A stretch of 64,000 nucleotides of DNA from an uncultured Mollicutes bacterium (GTDB lineage: Bacteria; Bacillota_I; Bacilli_A; RFN20; CAG-826): the NCBI GenBank assembly GCA_900540385.1, contig UQFY01000002.1, positions 73,274-137,273 of the forward strand. The letters run 5' to 3'. Shown here in pieces: positions 42,098-52,520 of this stretch (positions are counted from its first letter, which is position 1; each line of letters opens with the position of its first letter). The position numbers and the translations under genes were made by a program. Under the pieces are notes generated by a model that did no database searches, was not told the origin of the DNA, and saw only the letters and a list, made by a program, of their open reading frames with translations.

Positions 42098-44055
42098 GTA
42101 GCAAAGTTCTCGAAGAAAAACTCCCGACCAAATTGAATTTCGGCATTTGGTTCCGCATCATGAAATACGCGATGAAGCGCGTTGATTTGTTCGTCATCAT
42201 CATTTTGACGATGTTTATTACAACCTTCTATGACTCCGCTTTCGTACCTGCGATGAATGCGGCTGCCATTACATTGGTTGGACAAACTGGCATTTTATCC
42301 TCTATTTCTTCCCTTTGGGAGCTTCCTTTGCACGTTATTTTCATCAAAAACGTTTGGGAAATCGATATTACGTTCTTAACCTTCCTTATTACTCAAGGTA
42401 TCTTCGTTATCATCCGTTGCGTGAGTATTTTCGTAACCTTCTATTTAACGAATTATTTGAACATGGTCGTTATGATTTCGTTAAGAAAAGACCTTTTTGA
42501 TCACGTTCAGGAACTTTCTTTTTCTTATTTCGATAGAACGAATTCCGGTTGGTTGATTGCGAGAATGAATAACGACACTTCCGCTATAGGAGATGTTCTT
42601 TCTTGGTCTTTGACATCGATATTCTGGTCTTCTTTCGACCTTATTTTCACGATTATCACGATGTTCTCCCAAAATGTGAAATACGCTTTGATTGTCATTG
42701 CTTCCTTGCCATTAATCGCGATTATCGTTCCTTTATTCGAACGTTTGATTTTGAAACGTCACCGTATAGCAAGAAACGCTTATTCCGCTTATGTTGGTTG
42801 GCTTGCTGAAATCATCAATGGAGCGAAAACAGTAAAGACATTATCTTTGGAAGAGGAAGTTTCAAAAGAATCGAAAGATATTGTTGATGATTTGAAGAGG
42901 AAACGTTTCCGTGCAGGAAGAATCGGTGCTTGCTTTAGACCTTTATTGGAATTCATTTTAGCCGTAATGATCGTAATCATTGTGGTTGTTGGCTATCAAG
43001 ATATCGACAACGTTGCTTTGCAAGATGGGCTTGATATGGCTACGCTTGTTGCTACCATCGTTCTTTTCGTTGGCTTTGCGCAATCCATTTTTTCCCCACT
43101 CGAGAGTATGTCTGACACCTTCTCCTCTTTTATGGAAAACCAAGCTTCTGCCGAGAAAGTTGAACAGCTTTTAAAGGCACCAGTGGAAATTAGGGACACG
43201 GATGAAGTTGTTGCTAAATATGGTGATATTCTCTCTCCAAAGAAAGAGAATTATGAGCCATTTTCTGGTGATATCGAGTTCCGTAACCTCTCTTTCCATT
43301 ATGGAAACGGAGTGGAAGTCATTCACCCTTTAAACTTAAAAATCAAGGCAGGAACCTCGGTTGCAATCGTTGGTGAAACCGGGTCTGGCAAAACAACTTT
43401 AGCAAACCTTCTTTGCCGTTTCTATGAACCAACAGGCGGAGAAATCCTCCTTGATGGAGTGAATTACAAAGAACGTTCCTTAGGCTGGCTTCGTTCACAT
43501 ATCGGATATGTTCAGCAAAGTCCATTTGTTTTCTCCGCGACCTATTTCCAAAATATTGCCTATGGTAAATTAGATGCGACGATGAATGAAGTTAAAAAAG
43601 CGGCAAAGGTCGTTGGAATCGACTCTTTCATCGAAAAAGAAAAGGATGGATATAACACTTACCTTGAAGATGGAGGCTCCTCTCTTTCCCAAGGGCAAAG
43701 ACAGCTTGTTTCTTTTGCTAGAGCAATGATTAGAAATCCATCCTTATTGATTTTAGATGAAGCCACTTCATCAATTGATACGGAAACCGAGGAAGAGATA
43801 CAAAATCGCATCCAACCCCTTTTAAAGGGCAGGACTTCGATTACCATCGCCCACCGCTTATCCACAATCGTCAATTCTGATCGTATTTTAGTCATGGAAC
43901 ATGGAAATATCGTTGAAGATGGCAACCATAAAGAGCTTATGGAGAAAAAAGGCTATTACTATAACCTATATATGAACCAATTCAAGGGAATGTCGATGGG
44001 AGAGCAAATCGAGAAATACCAGAAACAAATCGAAGATAAGAACATAAAAATCTAA
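42094..44055 (+). CDS. ABC exporter half-transporter (TMD-NBD), consensus-site subunit
   Basis: 653 aa. Walker A GETGSGKTT; Walker B LLILDEATS (Glu present); deviant signature LSQGQRQL. ATGA overlap with the upstream partner. Confidence 0.9.
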   Translation: MSSKVLEEKLPTKLNFGIWFRIMKYAMKRVDLFVIIILTMFITTFYDSAFVPAMNAAAITLVGQTGILSSISSLWELPLHVIFIKNVWEIDITFLTFLITQGIFVIIRCVSIFVTFYLTNYLNMVVMISLRKDLFDHVQELSFSYFDRTNSGWLIARMNNDTSAIGDVLSWSLTSIFWSSFDLIFTIITMFSQNVKYALIVIASLPLIAIIVPLFERLILKRHRIARNAYSAYVGWLAEIINGAKTVKTLSLEEEVSKESKDIVDDLKRKRFRAGRIGACFRPLLEFILAVMIVIIVVVGYQDIDNVALQDGLDMATLVATIVLFVGFAQSIFSPLESMSDTFSSFMENQASAEKVEQLLKAPVEIRDTDEVVAKYGDILSPKKENYEPFSGDIEFRNLSFHYGNGVEVIHPLNLKIKAGTSVAIVGETGSGKTTLANLLCRFYEPTGGEILLDGVNYKERSLGWLRSHIGYVQQSPFVFSATYFQNIAYGKLDATMNEVKKAAKVVGIDSFIEKEKDGYNTYLEDGGSSLSQGQRQLVSFARAMIRNPSLLILDEATSSIDTETEEEIQNRIQPLLKGRTSITIAHRLSTIVNSDRILVMEHGNIVEDGNHKELMEKKGYYYNLYMNQFKGMSMGEQIEKYQKQIEDKNIKI

Positions 44056-44093
44056 TCTTCCTTGCTCTATAAAGGAAGGATAGCTCGATTGAA

Positions 44094-44119
44094 AAAGCCG
44101 TCTATAATAAGGCGGCTTT
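44094..44119. terminator. bidirectional intrinsic terminator between the ABC exporter and glgP
   Basis: AAAGCCG-(12 nt)-CGGCTTT is flanked by an A-run upstream and TCTTTTGTTT downstream. It therefore works on both strands. Confidence 0.75.
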
Positions 44120-44146
44120 CTTTTGTTTATCGAATATTTTTGTTAC

Positions 44147-46567
44147 CTAATTATGGCTTCCGTATTTACTAAGATGCCAAATATCACGGTTATATTCTTC
44201 AATGGTTCTATCAGAGGAGAAGACCCCAGAAGTAGAAATGTTATCAATAACGGCTTTAGCCCATCTTTCTTTATCAAGATAGAATTCTTCCGCACGTTTG
44301 CAAGCGTCACAATAAGAGGCGAAATCTTCCAAAATGTAGTATTGATCGCCCTTATTCATGATTTCATCGAAAATCATTTGGAAACGGCCATTGGCTTTTA
44401 AAGCCCAAGGTCCGGAGAAAAGGGAATCCATGACTTCTTTTACGAGGTTGTTATTATTGTAGACATCCCAAGGATTGTAGCTTCCTTCTTCGTTTTTGCG
44501 TTCCACTTCTTCGGCGGTTAAGCCAAAGATTATTTCGTTTTCTTCTCCGGCTTGTTTCGCAATTTCGATGTTTGCGCCATCTAAGGTTCCTAAAGTTAAA
44601 GCGCCATTCATCATGAGTTTCATATTGGAGGTGCCTGAGGCTTCTTTGCCAGCGGTAGAGATTTGTTCGCTAAGATCAGCCGCAGGAATAATATGCTCCG
44701 CTAAAGTGACCCCATAGTTTTCTACAAAGATGATCTTCATGAATTTAGAGGCATCCTCGTCATTATTGATAACCTCTTGGACAGCAAGGATTAATTCGAT
44801 AATGCACTTAGCATATTCATAGCTTGGAGCAGCTTTTGCACCAAAAATGTAAACATGAGGCTCCATATGGAAATTGGCAGGGTCTTTCTTAAGTTCAAGA
44901 TATTCCGCCATGATATGGAAAAGATTCAAAAGTTGTCTCTTATAAGCGTGAAGTCTTTTGATTTGAACATCGAAAATAGCGTCAGGGGAGATTTCAATTC
45001 CATATGTTTTCATCACGAATTCAGCAAATTTAATCTTGTTTTCGTGTTTGATTTCCATGATCTCTTTCTGAACTTCTTTATCCGTATCAAAAGCTTTGAA
45101 AGCGATGAGTTTCTCTGGATGCATAATCCATTCATCACCGATTTTGGAGGTAATTAAAGAGGCAAGTTTCTCATTCGAATAAAGCAACCATCTACGATGG
45201 GTGACACCGTTGGTCTTATTGGAGAATTTCTCTGGGAAAAGCTCATAGAAATTCTTGAAGGTATAGTTTTCAAGAATGGAAGTATGGATTTTAGCAACAC
45301 CATTGACACTAAAACCAGCATAAATAGCCATGTTTGTCATATGAATTTGGCCATCTTTGATGATTTGCATCTGATACGCTTTTGCTGGATCCACTCCTTT
45401 TTCCACCATATAAGCGTTAAAACGACGATTAATTTCTTCAATAATCATATAAACGCGTGGAAGGAGTTTTTGCACATATTGAACTGGCCATCTTTCTAAG
45501 GCTTCAGGCATAACGGTGTGGTTTGTATAAGCGATAGAATGGGTTACTTGATCCCACGCTTCATCCCAGCCAAAACCATAAACGTCCATTAAAAGACGCA
45601 TCATTTCTGGGATAGAAAGAATTGGATGGGTGTCATTTAATTGGAAAACGTAATGATCTTTTAAATGTTCTAAAGTCTTATATCTTCCATATTCTCCACG
45701 CATGACGGATTGAAGGCCTGCGGAAACAAGGAAATATTGTTGGCGAAGACGAAGAATACGGCCATGTTCGGTAGAATCATCAGGATATAAGCCAAAGGAA
45801 AGTTCTTTTAAAGTAGAAAGATAATCATCGAAAGAAACATCGGTTGGAAGGTTCTTTTCGCTTGGCTCAGCACTCCAAAGGCGAAAGGTATTAGAAACGC
45901 CATTATGATAGCCAACCACGCTTACATCGTAAGGCATAGCGCGAACGTGAGTGGCGTTTACGGTACGAAGAGCGTATTCACCGTTTGGTTTTAAATAGGT
46001 TTCCGCGTTTCCACCAAATTCCACTTCAACAGCGTGTTTTGGCTTTTTCACTTCAAAGACAAAGCCGTTAGAAAGCCATTCATCTGGAAGTTCCGTTTGC
46101 TTTCCGTTTACGAATTTCTGTTTGAAGAAACCATATTCATAGCGAATGGTATTTCCGTGCATTGGATAGCCTAGCGAAGCGGCAGAGTCTAAAAAACATG
46201 CGGCTAATCTACCTAAGCCACCATTTCCTAAACCTGCATCCGGTTCTTGGTCTTCAAGTTCGTTTATATCAATGCCGTAATCAGCCAATCCTTCTTTGGC
46301 AACCTTATAAACTCCAAGATTTTGAAGGTTGTTTAAAAGCAATCTTCCGATTAAAAATTCCATGGAGAAATAAATGCATTGCTTTCTCCCGTTGTCACAT
46401 GTGTCTTCACGGCAACTTCTCCAGCCAATACCAGCATAGTCGCGAACCATTTCGCCTAACACTTCATATCTTTCCGTGATATGAGAATCTTCGACTGAGC
46501 GGCCATATAGTTCCGTTAAGCGTTTCTCAAATTCTTTTTTGAATTCTTCTTTGTTGTCAAAAATCAT
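44147..46567 (-). CDS. glgP: glycogen/maltodextrin phosphorylase
   Basis: 806 aa with EPDAGLGNGGLGRLAACF and the PLP-site EASGTSNMK. Confidence 0.97.
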   Translation of the reverse strand: MIFDNKEEFKKEFEKRLTELYGRSVEDSHITERYEVLGEMVRDYAGIGWRSCREDTCDNGRKQCIYFSMEFLIGRLLLNNLQNLGVYKVAKEGLADYGIDINELEDQEPDAGLGNGGLGRLAACFLDSAASLGYPMHGNTIRYEYGFFKQKFVNGKQTELPDEWLSNGFVFEVKKPKHAVEVEFGGNAETYLKPNGEYALRTVNATHVRAMPYDVSVVGYHNGVSNTFRLWSAEPSEKNLPTDVSFDDYLSTLKELSFGLYPDDSTEHGRILRLRQQYFLVSAGLQSVMRGEYGRYKTLEHLKDHYVFQLNDTHPILSIPEMMRLLMDVYGFGWDEAWDQVTHSIAYTNHTVMPEALERWPVQYVQKLLPRVYMIIEEINRRFNAYMVEKGVDPAKAYQMQIIKDGQIHMTNMAIYAGFSVNGVAKIHTSILENYTFKNFYELFPEKFSNKTNGVTHRRWLLYSNEKLASLITSKIGDEWIMHPEKLIAFKAFDTDKEVQKEIMEIKHENKIKFAEFVMKTYGIEISPDAIFDVQIKRLHAYKRQLLNLFHIMAEYLELKKDPANFHMEPHVYIFGAKAAPSYEYAKCIIELILAVQEVINNDEDASKFMKIIFVENYGVTLAEHIIPAADLSEQISTAGKEASGTSNMKLMMNGALTLGTLDGANIEIAKQAGEENEIIFGLTAEEVERKNEEGSYNPWDVYNNNNLVKEVMDSLFSGPWALKANGRFQMIFDEIMNKGDQYYILEDFASYCDACKRAEEFYLDKERWAKAVIDNISTSGVFSSDRTIEEYNRDIWHLSKYGSHN

Positions 46568-46570
46568 AGA

Positions 46571-48490
46571 TTAATTCTTAGCCTTTCTCGTAGTTTTCTT
46601 TTTCTTCGTAACTGTGTTCTTTTTGTGTGTTTTCGTTTCTTTCTTAGGATTTTCTAACTTAAAAATCATAGCGCCATAGGAGGCAAGTTTCACACTGATA
46701 TGATACGCTCTTCCTTCTGGAGCGCCATCTTCTGCTAAAAGAGGCAACCCATTATATTGATTGTTTCCTCCATAGACATCTTTATCGGAATTGAAGATTT
46801 CTTTCCAAATCCCCTTCTTTTTAACCCCTACATCATAATTTTGATAGAAATTAGGAGTCATGTTGAAAAGGAAAAGGAGGGAAGAATCGCCGTAATCCCG
46901 TTCAAAAGCAAACACGCTTTGATCGGAATTGTCAACCATCATCCATTCAAAATGAGCAGGATTATATTCTTCTTTATGCATGGCTTCTTCCGCTTGATAA
47001 ATAAGATTTAAGTCTCTTACTAAACGTTTCATGGAATCGTGTTTCGGATAGGTCAAAAGATTCCAAGGAAGAGAACGGGTTTCATTCCATTCATCGAAGG
47101 AGGCCATTTCGTTGCCCATGAAATTAAGTTTTTTGCCTGGATGGGCGAATTGGTAGGTGAAAAGGTTTCTTAAGAGAGCAAATTTCGTTTCGTAATCCCC
47201 GAACATTTTATTAATCAGAGTACCCTTGCCATGCACCACTTCGTCATGGGATAAAGGCAAAAGGAAGTTCTCGCTAAAGAAATAAGCCATGGAGAAAGTA
47301 ATATCGTGGTGTTCGTATTTCTTATAGATTGGATCGAGAGAATAATATTTTAAAGTATCGTTCATCCAGCCAAGATCCCATTTGTAATCAAAGCCGAGAC
47401 CTCCATATTCCAAAGGTTTGGTCACACCAGTAAAATCCGTGGAATCTTCGGCAATCATAATAATTGAAGGATGAGCCAAATGCAGTTTACCATTCAAACG
47501 TTTGATAAATTCCGTGGCACCATAATTCTCTCCGAGAGATTTATTGCCTTCCCAATAAACGATATTGGAAACAGCATCCACACGAATTCCGTCAAAATGG
47601 AAATAAGCGAGATAATAATTCATCGCGCTCATTAAGAAAGAACGAACAGGGTCTTTTCCTAAATCAAAATAGCAAGAGCCCCATGGGGAGAAGGTATGTT
47701 TCATATCGCCATATTCGTATAAACAAGAGCCATCGAATTCTCTTAAGGCGAATTGATCGTTAGCGAAATGAACAGGAGCAAAATCTAAAATAACAGAAAA
47801 GCCAGCTTGATGCATGCGGTCGATAAAAGACATCAATTGGAAAGGGTTGCCATATCGTGAGTCAACCGAGAAAAAACCAGTCGCTTGATATCCCCACGAG
47901 CCATCGAAAGGATATTGGCAAATAGGCATGATTTCTACATGCGTGAAGCCATTTTCTTTAAGATATGGGATTAAATAATCCGCGACCTCTTCATAAGAAG
48001 GATACCTTCCATCAATAAGGCCTTTCCACGAACCAAGATGAATTTCATAAATAGAAACCGGTTTATCGAAGCCTCTATCTCTCTTTTTTAAGAATGTTTC
48101 GTCATGCCAAATGAAATTCTCAATATCAAAAAGACGGGAACAAGTGTTCGGTCTAAGTTCTGAGAAGAAAGCAAAAGGGTCCGCTTTATCGACATATTCT
48201 CCCTTAGCGTTTAGGAAATGATATTTATAGGATTGGTAATTATGAAGGCCAGGAACAAAGGCTTCGAACACTCCAGAAGGATCAATTTTCTCCATCTTAT
48301 TTCGCGTAACGTCCCAATTATTCCACTCACCGATTACCGACACATCGTTTGCAAGAGGGGCATATAAACGGAAAACAACTCCGGAGACTTTTTTCCCATC
48401 AATTTCTTTGTCTAAAAAATGGGCGCCAAAGTAACGATACGCCTCAATGCTTTGACCCATCAAAAAGTCATAGAGAATGCCGTAAGCCAT
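46571..48490 (-). CDS. glgB: 1,4-alpha-glucan branching enzyme with a Lys-rich C-terminal tail
   Basis: 639 aa with a GH13_9 core (GIRVDAV, EDST, SHDEVVHGK). The tail reads ...KKETKTHKKNTVTKKKKTTRKAKN. Confidence 0.95.
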   Translation of the reverse strand: MAYGILYDFLMGQSIEAYRYFGAHFLDKEIDGKKVSGVVFRLYAPLANDVSVIGEWNNWDVTRNKMEKIDPSGVFEAFVPGLHNYQSYKYHFLNAKGEYVDKADPFAFFSELRPNTCSRLFDIENFIWHDETFLKKRDRGFDKPVSIYEIHLGSWKGLIDGRYPSYEEVADYLIPYLKENGFTHVEIMPICQYPFDGSWGYQATGFFSVDSRYGNPFQLMSFIDRMHQAGFSVILDFAPVHFANDQFALREFDGSCLYEYGDMKHTFSPWGSCYFDLGKDPVRSFLMSAMNYYLAYFHFDGIRVDAVSNIVYWEGNKSLGENYGATEFIKRLNGKLHLAHPSIIMIAEDSTDFTGVTKPLEYGGLGFDYKWDLGWMNDTLKYYSLDPIYKKYEHHDITFSMAYFFSENFLLPLSHDEVVHGKGTLINKMFGDYETKFALLRNLFTYQFAHPGKKLNFMGNEMASFDEWNETRSLPWNLLTYPKHDSMKRLVRDLNLIYQAEEAMHKEEYNPAHFEWMMVDNSDQSVFAFERDYGDSSLLFLFNMTPNFYQNYDVGVKKKGIWKEIFNSDKDVYGGNNQYNGLPLLAEDGAPEGRAYHISVKLASYGAMIFKLENPKKETKTHKKNTVTKKKKTTRKAKN

Positions 48491-48654
48491 AATAACCCTC
48501 CCTGTTTTGTTTTATCTTCTACATTATATCGTATCTATACGTGCGCACGCAAAAGGAAATGAGGTACGTAATTGGCATTTTATGGTTCTTTTCCCTTTTA
48601 GAAAGGAGAAAGTTAGATTAGAATGTTTAGCGATAAAAAGAGGTAAGAAAAATT

Positions 48655-49857
48655 ATGGTAAAATGTATGGCCGTTAACGCTGGCTCTTCTTCAATCAAAT
48701 ATAAACTCTTTGAGATGCCAGAAGAAAAAGTTATTTGCGAAGGCTTAGTTGAAAGAATTGGGCACGAAGATGCTCATTTCCGTTTGAAATACAAAGGAGA
48801 AAAACACGACGAATATCTTCCAATTATGGATCATAACGTTGGTGTTGAATTAATTTTAAAAGCATTGAAGGACTACGAAATCGTTAAAGATTTCGAGGAA
48901 ATCAAAGCCATTGGTCACCGTGTTGTCCAAGGTGGTAAGTATTTCTCTAAATCCGCCTATTTTAATGAGGATACAGAAGAGAAGATCACCAAACTTGTTC
49001 CGCTTGATCCTTTACACGCTCCAGCTCATTTAATTGGTTATCACGCTTTCAAAAAGGTGTTGCCTAACGCTGTCACCATCGCTGTTTTTGATACTGCTTT
49101 CCATCAAAGCATGCAGCCTGAGGATTATTTATACCCAATCCCATACGAATACACTGAAAAATATGATTGCAGAAGATATGGTGCACATGGTACTTCCCAC
49201 CACTATTTAGCTGATAAAGCCATCAAAGATTATTTCCATGGCGATAAAAGCAAACGTATTATCACTCTCCATTTAGGAAGTGGCGCTTCTATTTGCGCCA
49301 TTAAAGATGGCAAGTGCGTAGCAACCTCTATGGGCCTTACTCCATTAGGTGGCGTTATGATGGGAACACGTTGTGGCGATATCGACCCATCCGTCTATTA
49401 TTATCTTGGCACTTGCACAGGAAAAAGCTCCGAAGAAATCTACGATATTTTGAATAAAAAGTCCGGTTTCTTAGGTGTCTCTGGCCTTTCGAATGATACA
49501 CGTGATATCTTAGCGGCCGCAGAAAAAGGCGATGAGAGATGTATCAACGCTTTAAAACTTTGGGCAAGAAGAGTTGCTGATTTCGTTGGCTCTTATTATG
49601 TTCGTTTAGGCGGAGCAGACATGCTCATTTTCTCTGCCGGTATTACCGAGAACAACCCAATTTGCCGCAAAATGATCTTAGACGATATTTCTGAGGCTTT
49701 AGATATCCATATTGATTGGGCAAAGAACGACGAATTAATTGGCAAAGAAGGAGAAATCTCCACCCCCGATAGCAAGATTAGAGTGGCTGTCATCCCAACC
49801 GATGAGGAAGTTATGATTGCCCGCGATTGCTATAGTGCATTAGAGGGAACTTTATAA
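48655..49857 (+). CDS. ackA: acetate kinase
   Basis: 400 aa with AVNAGSSSIKYKLF, GHRVVQGG, FDTAFHQSM, HLGSGAS. Confidence 0.97.
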   Translation: MVKCMAVNAGSSSIKYKLFEMPEEKVICEGLVERIGHEDAHFRLKYKGEKHDEYLPIMDHNVGVELILKALKDYEIVKDFEEIKAIGHRVVQGGKYFSKSAYFNEDTEEKITKLVPLDPLHAPAHLIGYHAFKKVLPNAVTIAVFDTAFHQSMQPEDYLYPIPYEYTEKYDCRRYGAHGTSHHYLADKAIKDYFHGDKSKRIITLHLGSGASICAIKDGKCVATSMGLTPLGGVMMGTRCGDIDPSVYYYLGTCTGKSSEEIYDILNKKSGFLGVSGLSNDTRDILAAAEKGDERCINALKLWARRVADFVGSYYVRLGGADMLIFSAGITENNPICRKMILDDISEALDIHIDWAKNDELIGKEGEISTPDSKIRVAVIPTDEEVMIARDCYSALEGTL

Positions 49858-49858
49858 T

Positions 49859-50860
49859 ATGGCCAAATTACCAAAAGAAATCACGAATTACGGATTAGAT
49901 TTAAAAAAGAATTATTCATATTTCTATTCTTGTGTTAAAAAGTACGATCACATCGTTATTTTCCGCCACATTAAACCAGATTTTGACGCAATGGGCACCC
50001 AGATGGGTCTTTATACCTTTATTAAAGATAATTTCCCAAATAAAGACGTCCATTTTGTTGGTGATAATCATGTGACTTTCACTCCAAGGCTTTTTCCAGA
50101 AACAGAAAGACTCAACGATTCCTATTTCGATGAGCCTTTCTTAGCCATCATTTGTGATGTTGGCGATCATGAAAGAATTGCTGACCCTCGCTATACAAAG
50201 GCTAAAAAGATTTTGAAAGTAGATCACCACCCATGTAAGGTTGAGATTGCTTCTCATCCTATATTAGATACAGAATCAGCGGCTTCGGCCGAAATTATGA
50301 CCGACATCCTCTTAAAGTGGAAGGGAACTACTCTTTCTAAGGAAGCAGCTTCCTACCTTTATATCGGCATTGTCGGAGATTCTGGAAGATTTCAATATTC
50401 TTCCACAAACGCTCACACATTCGCTTGTGCCAGTGCTCTTATCGAAACAGGAATTTCCATTCGCGATATCTATTTAAAAATGTATGAGAAAAATATCGAT
50501 GATTTGAAAGTAACGGCATACGTACTTAATCATTTCTCGGTATCCCCGCATGGAGTCGCTTATTATCTATTACCAGATTCCGTTCAAAAAGAGCTTAAGA
50601 TTACCTCCGAACAAGGGAAGAACAATGTCAATCTCTTCGCGAACATCGAAGGAATCAATGCTTGGTGTTCTATTACCGAAGACCCAAATCCAAAAGATTA
50701 CTGCTGGAGAATTTCCATTCGAAGCAAAGGAAAAGATATTTCCGGAGTTGCGAATATGTGGGAAGGTGGCGGACATGCTCAGGCAAGCGGTTGCAAAATC
50801 AAATCTCTTGATCAATTAGACGCCTTCGTTAAATCTCTTGATGACCTCTTCCTTTCTTAA
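49859..50860 (+). CDS. nrnA: DHH/DHHA1 phosphoesterase, NrnA-type oligoribonuclease / pAp phosphatase
   Basis: 333 aa with FRHIKPDFDAMG, DHH (KVDHHP), and DHHA1 GGGHAQASG. Confidence 0.88.
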   Translation: MAKLPKEITNYGLDLKKNYSYFYSCVKKYDHIVIFRHIKPDFDAMGTQMGLYTFIKDNFPNKDVHFVGDNHVTFTPRLFPETERLNDSYFDEPFLAIICDVGDHERIADPRYTKAKKILKVDHHPCKVEIASHPILDTESAASAEIMTDILLKWKGTTLSKEAASYLYIGIVGDSGRFQYSSTNAHTFACASALIETGISIRDIYLKMYEKNIDDLKVTAYVLNHFSVSPHGVAYYLLPDSVQKELKITSEQGKNNVNLFANIEGINAWCSITEDPNPKDYCWRISIRSKGKDISGVANMWEGGGHAQASGCKIKSLDQLDAFVKSLDDLFLS

Positions 50861-50932
50861 TAGGAAGGGGTTTTCTTTAAAAGAGGGCGTTTCGTATTCT
50901 TTCTCTTAAAAAAGAGACGCTTTCTTACGATA

Positions 50933-50965
50933 GAAAGGATTGTTTTTCATCCTTTCTTTTTCTTT
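50933..50965 (+). terminator. intrinsic terminator of the ackA-nrnA operon
   Basis: GAAAGGAT-TGTTTTTC-ATCCTTTC followed by TTTTTCTTT. Confidence 0.75.
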
Positions 50966-51056
50966 AGAAAAAGAGGTCAACCATCCTATCATATTGAAAA
51001 CTTCTCTTGCTTCGTTTAAGAAAAATGAACGTTCTATGTTATACTTACTAAGATTT

Positions 51057-52511
51057 ATGGCAAACGTATTTGAAATTAGTAAAACTTATTTGACGCAAAT
51101 TGAAAATTATCAAGACGAAACTTCCCCTTTAAGCAAGATTCTTGAAAATTCCCAAAATGTCCTCTTCCGTGCTTATTTAGCTAGAAGGAAAAACAACAAA
51201 GTCGGTTATTTCGACGAAGAAATCTTTCCTTTTGTTCTTCTTCGTTATTATGTAGGCGATGGCAGATTTATCCTTTTTGATTTAAACGCTTATAAAAACG
51301 GCTGGCATGCTAAGGAGCAGGAAAAACCTGAACCAAACGAGATTTCTTCCCCTGTTTTAGATTTGCTTGATGAGACCTCTTCTTTTACTCATCAAGATGT
51401 TTTGGCCAACCGTCTTGAAAGCTATCCAACCTTAACCGATTGGTTTAAAAAACTTCTAGATAAAATTCCTGAGGAAGACAGAGAAAAGATTTCTTTAGAT
51501 GGTGTTAAGGTTAAGAAGTATCAAGAAGTCTTAGAGGAAGAAAAGAAAAAGCTTGTTATAGAAGAAAAAGACGCTTCCCCTGCTATCTCTCCTCAGAAAA
51601 TTGAATCGAAACCCCTTCAAAAAGAAAAGAAAGTATTTAAGAAAAAACAAGAAACCAAGAAAGTTCAAGTTAAGACCGTTTCCTTTAATAAGAGTGATGA
51701 TTTGGAAGAAAAGAAACTTATCGCTCTTCAAAATCGTGCCACCGAGCTTAATAATCGCATCAAGAAAAGAGTCGGCATTCATTTTGGTTGGGACGAATTG
51801 TTTGTCTATGCCCAAAATGGCGATGCGATGCTTACGATGATTGATAAAAAGGTACGTAAAAAAGGCCTTAAGAGTCAAGACAAAGACTGGATTATCGTTG
51901 CTACATACACCGTTGAAGATGAGGATTTCTTGCTCATTAAGGAACATTATCCTGATCATACCTTTAGAAGCGATGATATCCTTCATAAGCCGAGTGCAGA
52001 ATTCGTTTCTTTAGCCATCGTTGTCTCTCCCGTGAAAAAAATGACGCCAAAGGTGGAGGATGGGGTGAAGAAGGTTTCGCAAAAAGCCGTTTCTTTCGTT
52101 AATATTGTCCCAGAAACTGGATTTAGCGCTTCCGATGACCCTCTTTTGAACGATGACGAAGAGGAAGAAGAAATCATTAAACGTCCAATAAATGATGGCA
52201 TTATTCGCAAAGTGAAATACAAAGGGGCGAATATCAATCATTATGAGGAACCAAAATCCTACTCGGTTCCTAATCAGGAAGATGATGAAGACATAGAAGA
52301 AAGTGGCACGTATTCTAATCCAAACGGAGAATACGGAATCGACAATTATTCTGAAGATGAAGACGAAGTCGAAATTCCTAAGCATTGGAAATGTCCTTTC
52401 TGCCCTTCCAAAAATCCTTGGCATACAGAAGAACCTGCAAGAATCGCTAAAAACCCTGATGGAAGCTATACATTCCTTTGCAAGAAACATAAAAACAATT
52501 CGTTAAATTGA
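51057..52511 (+). CDS. hypothetical protein (ORFan-like) with charged low-complexity linkers and a C-terminal CxxC...C zinc-ribbon-like end
   Basis: Long uninterrupted ORF. The start is either ATG 51057 (MANVFEISK...) or ATG 51036; the part of the track ORF upstream of those overlaps the nrnA terminator. The C-terminus is HWKCPFCPSKNPW...FLCKKHK. No domain I can name. Confidence 0.6.
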   Translation: MANVFEISKTYLTQIENYQDETSPLSKILENSQNVLFRAYLARRKNNKVGYFDEEIFPFVLLRYYVGDGRFILFDLNAYKNGWHAKEQEKPEPNEISSPVLDLLDETSSFTHQDVLANRLESYPTLTDWFKKLLDKIPEEDREKISLDGVKVKKYQEVLEEEKKKLVIEEKDASPAISPQKIESKPLQKEKKVFKKKQETKKVQVKTVSFNKSDDLEEKKLIALQNRATELNNRIKKRVGIHFGWDELFVYAQNGDAMLTMIDKKVRKKGLKSQDKDWIIVATYTVEDEDFLLIKEHYPDHTFRSDDILHKPSAEFVSLAIVVSPVKKMTPKVEDGVKKVSQKAVSFVNIVPETGFSASDDPLLNDDEEEEEIIKRPINDGIIRKVKYKGANINHYEEPKSYSVPNQEDDEDIEESGTYSNPNGEYGIDNYSEDEDEVEIPKHWKCPFCPSKNPWHTEEPARIAKNPDGSYTFLCKKHKNNSLN

Positions 52512-52520
52512 GGAGACAAT

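Noticed and set aside
48540-48549. 10-bp GC-rich perfect palindrome CGTGCGCACG, and a nearby TACGTA, in the glgB/ackA divergent spacer. cre-like TGTTTAGCGATAAA at ~48617 was also checked.
   Set aside because: They are too short to assign, and no second copy is seen in the window. The cre-like site does not fit the CcpA consensus spacing (TGNAANCGNTNNCA) without an indel.
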